DNA of 64,000 bases, from the NCBI GenBank assembly GCA_038867615.1, contig JAWBYA010000001.1, positions 512,001-576,000 on the forward strand, given 5' to 3'. How positions within the stretch are numbered: the first letter of the stretch is position 1; every line of letters starts with the position of its first letter. Shown here piece after piece: positions 18,808 through 27,325 of this stretch. This DNA comes from Sulfolobales archaeon (GTDB taxonomy: Archaea; Thermoproteota; Thermoprotei_A; Sulfolobales; AG1). The notes below the pieces were generated by a model. The model did not search any database. It was not told the origin of the DNA and saw only the letters and a program-made list of their open reading frames with translations. A program made the position numbers and the translations under genes.

Positions 18808-20955
18808 TTATTTAAGGTCTATTTTTCCCATCTCTTGCAAGGTATCCATGCCGTATGTTTTTATTGATTCGTGGGATATCGTGTAGATCTTGTCTCCTAT
18901 GTATATCGATCTTGACGCTCCCTCATGGCTTAGTATTGCTTTGAGCCCTAGCTTATTATTCTCAATGCTTATCACCGCTATTCCCGATAGTATTCCGCTT
19001 TTCGAGATCGTCATGGTTGTTATGGGTATTAGTAGCAATCCTCTCTCGAGGTTTATTGTTACTGCGTGGTGGTCTCCTAGTGCTTGGCTCCAGGCGTTCT
19101 CGATTTTTAGCACTGCTGTTTCGACTATGTTTCTAGGGTCTTTTGTGTTGAAGAGCGAGATTTTCAGGCTATTATTCTCGATCCCTATTCCTAGCAGTGT
19201 TTCTCTCGCTAGTGGGTGTAGGTATTCGCTGAAGCCTGGGATCTTTATGTAGCCGAGGATCTCTGGTTTCTCTGGGTTGCTTATATCTATAGCGTATAGT
19301 GGATCGATCTGTCTGAATGTTACTAGGTAGAATATTTCTCCCACAAGCCTTGCAGCATAGATCCTCTCCCCCTTGGCAAGCCCTTCGAGAATACCAACGA
19401 TCTTTCTATCTGCTAGGGATGCTATGTAGACGTTATTCACAGACTCGTCCTGCTGATTAGTACCTATATATATGAAGGAGCTTGGGAGCGGTCTGATCAT
19501 CTCCCTGGCTGTTGGGATAACCATGGTTCTCGTGGTGCAGTTAGAGCCCGCGGTGCACTCTATAATAGTTACCGTGGCATTCACAGCAGTGCTTTTGGTC
19601 TCCACACGGGCATAGCTTGCCATGATACTAGCGCTTATATTCCTACTGGTTGTTGCAACCACTAGGTGTTCTTTATACTCCTCTATGGAGAACTGATCCA
19701 GGATACTCCCGGGAACCTCTATATAGCCCCTATACCTCGTCTCAAGACCCTTAACATCTATAACATGGATCCTCGATGTGTCTCTAAAAACCTCTGTCGA
19801 TAGCTTTTGCGAAGCATTGGACACTATAGCCTGGGCCTCGCTCGGATCTAGTGTTGATAGGTATTTACTAACAAGCCCGAGGGCCTTGTAATAAGCACCT
19901 CTCTCAACAAGCTCGAACACTTGGGAGGATATATTGCTGGGCATATAGCCCGCAAGGATCTCTAGAGCCCTCGCCATAGCCTTGTAATAAGCCGGGTTTA
20001 TAGACACTATATATAGTCTCGAGGCACTCATATAGATCCAACTGCTATGGGACATTAGTAGGGAGAACTCCCTGTGATCTCCTCTTGAGAGATCTATAGA
20101 GGCTATCGTTGCGAAAGAGCTCGGCACGGGGTCTACTTGGAAAACAAGCCCAGGATCTATCGGAGCACCGTTAACAGAGGGGGAGGTGTTAGCAATAGCG
20201 GGCATCGATATCACTAGATAGACCGTAGCATTGATCATCCTGGCACCAGATATATAGCCCGTATAGACTATCCTACCAATCTCAGAGGGCTTCGAGGGGG
20301 TGGATATATCGTATATATAGATAGAGGTATTCCCACCCATCCTAACAGGAGGAGCTATTATAGAGACCCTGGGGATTGGCAGGGGCTCGATAACAACAAG
20401 ATCCTCTCGAGCTATTAGGGCAAGCCTATCACCCCATAGAAAGACCCCATGTATATAGCCATCAACAGATATCGAGGACAGGATCCTGAGGCCCTGGGGA
20501 TCCACAATAAAAGTCCTATTACCAGAGGCAGCGATTATCAACCTACCATTGGTCTTAACAATATCGAGCTCATCAACCCCCACAACCTGGACATTCGTTG
20601 TGGAGAAGCTAGCGGGAGGAGCCGGGGCGGGGGAACCGCCCTGAGATGCTGCGGGTGTAACCATGGCTCTTACGGCATCAATAACATATGGATATCCATA
20701 GGCTTCTTCTAAGCTGCTGAGGAGGCCCCAGATCTCATTATAGCTTGAGAAGCTCCTAAGATTGCCGAAGCCTATGAGCCCACCGCTACCCATGCCTCCC
20801 GGTGTTTGGGTTCTCTGTGGTGGGGTATATAGTGATGTGAGGATCGCTATGGATGCTATGATCATGAGGGCTATTGCTATGCTTACCAAAACAAACCTGG
20901 ATCTAGGTCTATCCATACCCGGGTTGGGAGAAGTGCTAGCCATACAGATCTCCAA
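18808..20955 (-). CDS. Membrane-anchored protein with C-terminal beta-propeller (COG4880-like)
   Basis: N-terminal TM helix; STTNVQVVGVDELDIVKT, ILDQFSIEEY, GERIYAAR, YLVTFRQIDPL, KIPGFSEYLHP. Confidence 0.88.
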   Translation of the reverse strand: MEICMASTSPNPGMDRPRSRFVLVSIAIALMIIASIAILTSLYTPPQRTQTPGGMGSGGLIGFGNLRSFSSYNEIWGLLSSLEEAYGYPYVIDAVRAMVTPAASQGGSPAPAPPASFSTTNVQVVGVDELDIVKTNGRLIIAASGNRTFIVDPQGLRILSSISVDGYIHGVFLWGDRLALIAREDLVVIEPLPIPRVSIIAPPVRMGGNTSIYIYDISTPSKPSEIGRIVYTGYISGARMINATVYLVISMPAIANTSPSVNGAPIDPGLVFQVDPVPSSFATIASIDLSRGDHREFSLLMSHSSWIYMSASRLYIVSINPAYYKAMARALEILAGYMPSNISSQVFELVERGAYYKALGLVSKYLSTLDPSEAQAIVSNASQKLSTEVFRDTSRIHVIDVKGLETRYRGYIEVPGSILDQFSIEEYKEHLVVATTSRNISASIMASYARVETKSTAVNATVTIIECTAGSNCTTRTMVIPTAREMIRPLPSSFIYIGTNQQDESVNNVYIASLADRKIVGILEGLAKGERIYAARLVGEIFYLVTFRQIDPLYAIDISNPEKPEILGYIKIPGFSEYLHPLARETLLGIGIENNSLKISLFNTKDPRNIVETAVLKIENAWSQALGDHHAVTINLERGLLLIPITTMTISKSGILSGIAVISIENNKLGLKAILSHEGASRSIYIGDKIYTISHESIKTYGMDTLQEMGKIDLK

Positions 20956-20989
20956 GAGCTATTTGATAGGGTTAAAATAACTCTAGGCT

Positions 20990-21811
20990 TTGCACACCAT
21001 GTATAAGATCTTTAACACTATAGCTTCTAAGGAAATATGCCTTGGTGATTGTTTGAAAGAATTCTCAGGCAGGGTTTGCCTAGTGATCGGTGGTAGTGGG
21101 GGTGTTGGGGAAGCCCTCGTAGAGATCCTTGTGGAGAGGGGGTGCACCACGATCTTCACATATGCTGCTAACGCTGCAAAAGCCCTCGGGATTGTTGAGA
21201 GGTTGAGAGGCTCGGGATCTATAGAAGCCGTTAGACTCGACGCTACGGATTATAGAGATGCCCAGAGGGTTGCTGAGTATATCTCGAAAAAACATGGCTC
21301 TCTAAACCACCTCGCAGTGCTCCACGGCCTCTCAAGAGCAGATCTCTGGAAGGCATCGTGGGACTCGCTATCCCTCGAGGACTATCTAGAGGTCTTTAGA
21401 GTGGATTTCGGGGGCTTTTTCAACGTTGTCAAGGCTTTTAAAAACCTTCTCGAGAGATCCTCACCAGCATCCCTAGTAGCTATATCATCAACGCCCGCTC
21501 TCGTAGGAGATATAGAGGGCTATCCATACCTAGCTGCAAAAGCAGCTGTAGCGGCCTTCGCAAAATCCCTAGCATATACCCTCGCACCGAGGGTGAGGGT
21601 AAACATAGCGGCGCTAGGATCTATAGAGACTAAGTGGATAGAATGGCTTGATGAGAAAACAATAGAGAGGATCAAAGCCTCAATACCCCTGAAGAGAATC
21701 GGAAAACCCCGCGAGGCTGCCGAGGCAATAGCTTTCCTGCTAAGCGATAGATCCTCATACATAACGGGGCAGGTGTTGATCGTGGACGGTGGGGAGGTGG
21801 TACCAACATGA
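20990..21811 (+). CDS. Short-chain dehydrogenase/reductase (FabG-like)
   Basis: GGSGGVG, YLAAK, IPLKRIG, YITGQVLIVDGG; the true start may be slightly downstream. Confidence 0.88.
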   Translation: MHTMYKIFNTIASKEICLGDCLKEFSGRVCLVIGGSGGVGEALVEILVERGCTTIFTYAANAAKALGIVERLRGSGSIEAVRLDATDYRDAQRVAEYISKKHGSLNHLAVLHGLSRADLWKASWDSLSLEDYLEVFRVDFGGFFNVVKAFKNLLERSSPASLVAISSTPALVGDIEGYPYLAAKAAVAAFAKSLAYTLAPRVRVNIAALGSIETKWIEWLDEKTIERIKASIPLKRIGKPREAAEAIAFLLSDRSSYITGQVLIVDGGEVVPT

Positions 21812-21986
21812 GTAGGTGGAGAACCCCGGAGCCGCATCAGCTATACGATCCATGGGTTTTAGAGCTTCCTAAAATATTTAGATGAGATAGAGAAGAATAT
21901 AGTTGAATAATCGATCTTGACGATACATAGGTTTAAATATATAGCTCTTTTTGCAAACTATTATGGTAAATACGGGGGGTTAGGGG

Positions 21987-23633
21987 TTGAAATACCCCTG
22001 GAGACCTGGTTATGATCTAACAATCGATAGAATGATCAAGACGGTGTTGCATTATAACCCTGGAGGCGAGATAGTATATAGAACTAGATCAGGTGTTGAG
22101 AGGTATAGCTATTCAAAAGCCTATGAGAGGATGAACTCCCTCGCAGCAGCACTCTCAAGCATGGGTGTTAAGAGAGGGGATAGGGTTGCTACCCTCGATT
22201 GGAATACGCACTGGCATTACGAAGCATATTTCGCTATACCAATGATGGGTGCTGTTCTACATCCAGTTAATGTTAGGCTGGCTCCCAGCGAGATTGAGTA
22301 TGTTATGAACCATGCGGAGGATAGGGTTGCTATAGTGCACTCAGACTTCCTCAAGCTCTTGGAGGTTGTGGCACCGAGGGTTAAGAGTCTAGAGCATGTT
22401 ATTGTAGTCGATGCTGATAGCGCTCCTGAGAAGCTGGGGAATGCTAGGGTATATCTATACGAGGATCTCGTGAGATCCCATAGGGAGAGCTATGAGTGGC
22501 CAGAGATCTCTGAGAACGAGGTTGCTGGTATAGGGTATACTAGTGGGACTACAGGCCTGCCCAAGGGAGCGTTCTTCACACACAGGCAGATAGTTATACA
22601 CGCGATGTCTGTAGCCCTCTTCACATCCGCATCCCCCCTAATAGGGTTGAACGCATCCTCAACACTCCTCCACATAGTCCCGATGTTCCATGTATTCTCG
22701 TGGGGCTTGCCCTATGTTGCAACCCTCCTAGGGGCTAGGCAGGTCTATCCCAACAGGCTTATCCCCTCCGTCTTGTTAGAACTCATAGCTAGCGAGAGGG
22801 TTACCCACACAGCAGGGGTTCCCACGATACTCTACATGCTTCTAACAGACCCGTCGAGCCCCAAATACGATCTAAAGGGTCTGAGGTTCATAAACGGGGG
22901 CTCAGCAATGCCAGAGGGTTTGGCGGAGCTTGCTAGAAAGAGGGGTATAGAGGTTATAGTGGGCTATGGCCTGACAGAAACAGCCCCGGTTCTAACAATA
23001 GCAAGCCCCCCGCCCGGTCTGCTTAAAAGCCCCGAGCTGGGTAAACTACTCCTGAGAACCGGATGGCCAGTACCCTTAGTAGAGATAAGGGTTGTTGATC
23101 CTGGAGGAAAGCCTGTGCCGAGGGATGGGAGGACTATGGGTGAGATTGTTGTGAGAGCCCCCTGGCTAACCCCTGAATATTATAGAGATCCTGCCAAGAC
23201 TGAGGAGCTCTGGAGGGGAGGATGGTTGCATACAGGCGATATAGCAGTGTGGTTCGAGGACGGCTCTGTATTGATAATGGATAGGGATAAGGATGTGGTT
23301 AAAAGCGGAGGCGAGTGGATAAGCAGTGTGAGGCTTGAGGATGCTATAAGCACACACCCAGGCGTCTCCCAAGTCGCGGTTATAGCTGTGAGGAGTGAGA
23401 AGTGGGGTGAGAGACCCGCAGCCCTCATAGTCCCGAAACCAGAGTGGAGGGGTAAGATAACGCTTGAGGAGGTGAGGAGGCATCTCGAGGATAACTATGT
23501 TGCCAAGGGACTGATACCGAGGTGGTGGCTTCCAGACATAGTTATAGAGGTTGAGAGTCTTCCCCTAACAAGTGTAGGTAAGATTGCTAAGAGGGTGCTT
23601 AGAGAGCAGTACAAAGATCTAGTAGTTAGTTAG
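21987..23633 (+). CDS. Medium/long-chain fatty acid-CoA ligase (AlkK/DmdB-like)
   Basis: YTSGTTGLPKG, GYGLTET, WLHTGD, DRDKDVVKSGGEWISS, PLTSVGK. Confidence 0.92.
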   Translation: MKYPWRPGYDLTIDRMIKTVLHYNPGGEIVYRTRSGVERYSYSKAYERMNSLAAALSSMGVKRGDRVATLDWNTHWHYEAYFAIPMMGAVLHPVNVRLAPSEIEYVMNHAEDRVAIVHSDFLKLLEVVAPRVKSLEHVIVVDADSAPEKLGNARVYLYEDLVRSHRESYEWPEISENEVAGIGYTSGTTGLPKGAFFTHRQIVIHAMSVALFTSASPLIGLNASSTLLHIVPMFHVFSWGLPYVATLLGARQVYPNRLIPSVLLELIASERVTHTAGVPTILYMLLTDPSSPKYDLKGLRFINGGSAMPEGLAELARKRGIEVIVGYGLTETAPVLTIASPPPGLLKSPELGKLLLRTGWPVPLVEIRVVDPGGKPVPRDGRTMGEIVVRAPWLTPEYYRDPAKTEELWRGGWLHTGDIAVWFEDGSVLIMDRDKDVVKSGGEWISSVRLEDAISTHPGVSQVAVIAVRSEKWGERPAALIVPKPEWRGKITLEEVRRHLEDNYVAKGLIPRWWLPDIVIEVESLPLTSVGKIAKRVLREQYKDLVVS

Positions 23634-23938
23634 AGAACATAGGGTTAAGGCATAACATCTCCCCAGCGGAGATATGTGGGATCACGATAGCAAGGTTCCG
23701 AGGTGGTGCTAGAAGCTAAGAATCCCGGCTTAATGCTGCATTCCCACGATCTCCCTACATCTCAGGATCTTTTTCACTTTTTCCTTTCCAGCTGTAGGAG
23801 CGTGTTTAAAGATCTCTCCATATATTGGATAGCATGGATACTGTTCTCCTTACTATCGGCTCTTTTCTCTCTACATATCTTCCCGCTATGTTTATATGCG
23901 TCCTTAAGCCTTTTACTTTCAATTCTATAGTAGATCGA

Positions 23939-24125
23939 CTTGTGGGGTTATGGATTGCTGTTGAGCCTAGCGGCATGGGGCTTCCATCTACTGAGAGATC
24001 ATCCCCTGGATGGCTTGGAGCGATGCTCCCATCACCATCCAGAGTCAATATTGAGATCAAATCATCACCAAAAACCATTCCAATCAAGGCTTACAAATCT
24101 TCTGTATCGGTAAGAAAACAGCCCT
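23939..24125 (-). mobile_element. Diverged copy B of IS110-like non-autonomous element with structured RNA
   Basis: Begins AGGGCTGTTTTCTT like copy A; TTTGTAAGCCTTGA promoter-like box; aligns with 25525-25675 with compensatory stem changes. Right boundary not defined. Confidence 0.6.
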
Positions 24126-24512
24126 ATTTCTTAGCCTCAATACTCCTCGCCTCAAAGCCTAGGTATTTATCGATCATTTTGGAGAGTGTCTCCTGGAGAT
24201 CGTTATCAGCATGGCCAAGAGTTCTGCAGAATGCTACAAGACCGCTTAGCCTTATGGTCTCTATCCTAGCCTCCTCAACAAGCTGTGAGAGCCTGAACCT
24301 GAGAGAAGCCTCCCTAGATCTTAGCTCGAGAAGCCTTCTCAAAAGATCTACGCATTCCTCTCGATACAAGATCTCGCCCTCCCCTGAGCCTCATAGATCC
24401 TCCTAAGATCCTCCTCAACCTCCCTAACAGCCCTCTCAAGAGCTTCAATATTCTCCAAAGTAACCCTCAAAAGATCCTCAAGACCATTACTATCAATACA
24501 CACATCATTCAT
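24124..24512 (-). pseudogene. Uncharacterised coiled-coil protein (~130 aa) split by a frameshift, or two coupled small ORFs; downstream of the fluoride riboswitch
   Basis: ORFs 24348-24530 and 24124-24369 overlap. Adding one G near 24390 (TAT GAG GGC TCA) gives a continuous helical protein MNDVCID...RRIYE-GSGEGEILYREECVDLL...EAKK. Confidence 0.6.
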
Positions 24513-24532
24513 AGGCGCCCCCCACACCATAA

Positions 24533-24603
24533 ACAGGCGTCATCAGCCCATCACAACTCAGGGCGGTTTGGGGCCCCCAGGCCCCGGGAGGACGCCATCT
24601 CCC
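24533..24603 (-). ncRNA. Fluoride riboswitch (crcB motif)
   Basis: Minus strand reads GGGAGATGGCGTCCTCCC-GGGGCCTGGGGGCCCC-AAACCGCC-CTGAGTTGTGATG-GGCTGATGACGCCTG. It has the P1 stem GGGAG/CTCCC with the GATGG motif, the AAACCGC core, the GCTGATGAC core, and the pseudoknot GGCGTC/GACGCC. Confidence 0.9.
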
Positions 24604-24640
24604 AGCCGCGTCGAGCGGCAATAGCTATTACTCTTGAGGG

Positions 24641-24648
24641 CTTATATA
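24641..24648 (-). promoter_or_regulatory. TATA box for the riboswitch transcript
   Basis: TATATAAG on the minus strand about 40 nt upstream of the aptamer, with a small GCCGC/GCGGC hairpin in between. Confidence 0.55.
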
Positions 24649-25244
24649 GATACCCAGTTAAGTTGTTATAAAAACTAGATGTTTTGAAGGGTTCTCCTTG
24701 GTTAGTGTTTGTTCCTGGTTGTTTGTTGTCTCTTTTCTATATCTAGGGTTTCTATATGATTTTGTAGGACTGCTTGGTGAGAGACGTGCTGCTATGGTGA
24801 AGAGTGGAAATGCTGGAGAGAATCGGCTCTGTCTAGAGGAATGGTCTTTTGACAAGCTCTCTTGTTGATTCTATTAGCCATACTCCTTTTTCTTCGGCTT
24901 TCTTGGGATCGCCTATGTATTTTAGGCAATAGAGCACCATGATGACATTGCCTGTAAATTTCTCTGGCCATTTCTTTCTAGCCCTCTCAACCCTCTTTAC
25001 AAGTCTGTCAATGAGTTTCTCGCTAGCTCTTGTCTCAGCCTCGCCAACGATCACGATACCATTATGTGAGCCATATATATCGAACTCGTATCTCTTATCA
25101 AGCACAATGGATCCGAGGCTTATCTCCAAACCCTTCTCTCTTAAAAACCCCTCGACAACGATCCTAGCTTCCTCCTCGATAGAGATTGTTATGTTCTCAA
25201 GGATCCTCTCAACCCTACTAAGTCTCCTATCAATCCTGGAGACA

Positions 25245-25345
25245 CTTGCTTTCAAAGCGGAAACATCGCTCTTCAAGGTAGAAACGTCGGATTTTAGGGC
25301 TGGAACATCAGTCTTTAAAGTGGATACATCGGATTTCAGCAACCC
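25245..25345 (-). repeat. Imperfect 21-nt tandem coding repeats (LKSDVST heptads, about 5 copies)
   Basis: LKSDVST LKTDVPA LKSDVST LKSDVSA LKASVSR. Confidence 0.8.
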
Positions 25346-25432
25346 TATATCGTCTCTAATTCTTAATATATCGGTTTTTATCGCAACCAAATAGCCCTCC
25401 AGGGTTGAGAGCCTCTTATCAACTTGTTTGAA

Positions 25433-25781
25433 CCGTTTGTCCCTGGATGTTCATTCCAGTCATTTTATATTTGTTCATGGTCACATCCGGGGACTTCCAC
25501 CTCTACCCGCAGGATCAGAGAGATCCTGTGGGGTCATGGGCTGCCGTCGAGCCGAACGGCACGCGGCTCCCATCTAGCTTGTGCCCCAGACAGCTTGGAG
25601 CGCTGCTCCCATCGCCACCCGAGACCTGTGTGGGGAGACCCACACCGGGGCCAATATCTTTCAAGGCTTATAAATATCCAGGTGTTGGCGGGAGAGCGGC
25701 TTTCGGGCATGTCGCTCCCAATACTTATAAAAATTTCCAAAGCCTATTAATCCTCACTATGCATATCAAAAAGAGAACAGC
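25433..25781 (-). mobile_element. ~347-bp non-autonomous element (IS110/IS1111-like) carrying a TATA box and a multi-hairpin RNA, copy A
   Basis: Clean in-frame interruption of the host gene with no clear TSD. Weak terminal inverted similarity (13/22). Internal TTTATAAG box followed by hairpins. Degenerate MNKYKMTGMNI-(S)RDK resembling the IS110 N-terminal GIDVSKD motif. Confidence 0.7.
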
Positions 25782-26082
25782 CCTCTCTAACATAGTCGGC
25801 CAGTGCTTTGATCGCTTCAGCAATCATTCTAAGATCCTCTGACCTTGCCTCTTCAAGAGCCCTCTTAACGGCTTTCTCAACGATCTCCTCGAGGATTTTC
25901 AGATCTACGGACATCAGCGTACCAATAGTTAGTGCTTCTCTAAAACTTATATAAGCCGGGCAAGAAGGATCGCATTGAATCTATAGATCTTGGGGCTTGG
26001 GATGCGTTACTGGTTTTTGGTAACGCGCCCTGCTGAGGGCTTGCTGTGTTGCTGAAAAATATATTGGTTCACGTGATCGGTA

Positions 26083-27036
26083 TTGTGGCTGGTTGGGATG
26101 GTTGGGGTTAGGGATTTTAGTATCGAGATCGCTGGGATTGTTGAGAGGGTTAGGGATTCGGTTATAACCGTTGTTGTTGAGGCCATAGATCCTTTATCAA
26201 TGCTTGAAGCCCCTGTTAGGGGTGTTGGTTCTGGCTTCATAGTTGGTGAGGATCTCGCTCTAACGAATAGCCATGTTGTTGGCTCTGCTATCGAGGCTAG
26301 GGTTATCTATAGCGATGGTGAGGTTGGTGTTGGCAGGGTTCTTGCCAGGGATCCTTACAGGGATCTAGCCCTCCTCGAGGTTGAGAGTAGGGGTAGGCGT
26401 GTTAGGATGGGTGATTCTGATAAGGTCAGGATAGGAGAGCTTGTAATAGCCCTCGGATCCCCTCTCGGGATGCCTGGACCCTCGGTAACGCTCGGTGTTG
26501 TTAGTGCTAGGGGTAGGACTATTGTTGCTGATGAGGGGAGAATCGTTCTCGAAGATCTCATACAGACAGACGCTGCAATAAACCCAGGCAACAGCGGTGG
26601 TCCTCTAATCAACATGGACGCCGAGGCTATAGGCGTCACAACAGCCATGATCCCATTCGCACAGGGAATAGGCTTCGGAATACCCATAAACCATGCCAAG
26701 AGATTCATAACACTGATCTCTAAATACGGGAGACCAGTGAGAGCATGGATCGGTGTCTTCGTAGCACCACTAACACCAGAGATCGCGAGAATGATGGGGC
26801 TCGAAAAAGCAAAAGGAGTAGTTGTCATCAGAACAATCCCCGGAAGCCCTGCAGAAGCCGTCGGAATAAGGAGGGGTGATGTGATCCTCAAGGCAGGGGG
26901 TAGGGAGATCTCAACGCCTGGGGATCTGAGAAACACTATAGAGGATAGCATAGATAGGGGAGAGATCGAGATAGAGCTTGTTAGAAGAGGCTATGTAAGG
27001 GTAGTGAGCGTTCCAATCATTATCGAAGAGCTTTGA
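26083..27036 (+). CDS. HtrA/DegP-like trypsin serine protease with PDZ domain
   Basis: GSGFIV, LTNSHVV, DLALL, IQTDAAINPGNSGGPL, C-terminal PDZ; no obvious signal peptide. Confidence 0.92.
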   Translation: MWLVGMVGVRDFSIEIAGIVERVRDSVITVVVEAIDPLSMLEAPVRGVGSGFIVGEDLALTNSHVVGSAIEARVIYSDGEVGVGRVLARDPYRDLALLEVESRGRRVRMGDSDKVRIGELVIALGSPLGMPGPSVTLGVVSARGRTIVADEGRIVLEDLIQTDAAINPGNSGGPLINMDAEAIGVTTAMIPFAQGIGFGIPINHAKRFITLISKYGRPVRAWIGVFVAPLTPEIARMMGLEKAKGVVVIRTIPGSPAEAVGIRRGDVILKAGGREISTPGDLRNTIEDSIDRGEIEIELVRRGYVRVVSVPIIIEEL

Positions 27037-27325
27037 ATACCATAGGGGTTTGATCACAAGGATTATCGTTATTTCCACACTCTAACCAGACCTCATAGCT
27101 ATGGCTATCAAAAAGATCCAGGTAGAAGGTTGAGAAGCGATGAATATCCGCTGAAGCCCTCGACCGGTCTAGACATTGCCACCATATCTATCTCCCCGTC
27201 CTTGTATCCATATCGCTGCCGAGCCTTGGTAACGTTACGCTTAGATGCTCTCCTATACTGCGATGCATGATAAGGCATCGACATAGGTTAAAATTAGCTT
27301 GGAGTTAGCAAGAAAACGCAGCGAT

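Larger units (their letters stand above)
24833..25914 (-). pseudogene. Coiled-coil heptad-repeat plus PD-(D/E)xK-like protein interrupted by a ~347-bp insertion
   Basis: ATG 25914 gives MSVDLKILEE...ADYVREG. Removing 25433-25779 joins it in frame to FKQVDKRL...(LKSDVST)n...YEFDIYG..GEAETRA, giving 244 aa. Confidence 0.8.

Noticed and set aside
23703-24406. Plus-strand ORFs (75 aa, 193 aa), the 93-aa minus-strand ORF, and ORFs within 25424-25842
   Set aside because: They overlap the structured element or are antisense to the coiled-coil gene, and show no protein-like motifs.
25525-25590. Hairpin followed by ACA in both copies of the element, suggesting an H/ACA guide RNA
   Set aside because: Pocket geometry and spacing to ACA do not fit, there is no clear K-turn, and the RNA lies inside an insertion element.
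25433-25779. Archaeal BHB intron in a protein-coding gene
   Set aside because: No bulge-helix-bulge pairing is evident at the junctions; the internal promoter and a second, intergenic copy favour a mobile element.
27130-27180. Possible C/D-box sRNA (CGATGA...CTGA)
   Set aside because: The guide is only 7 nt and there is no second box pair.
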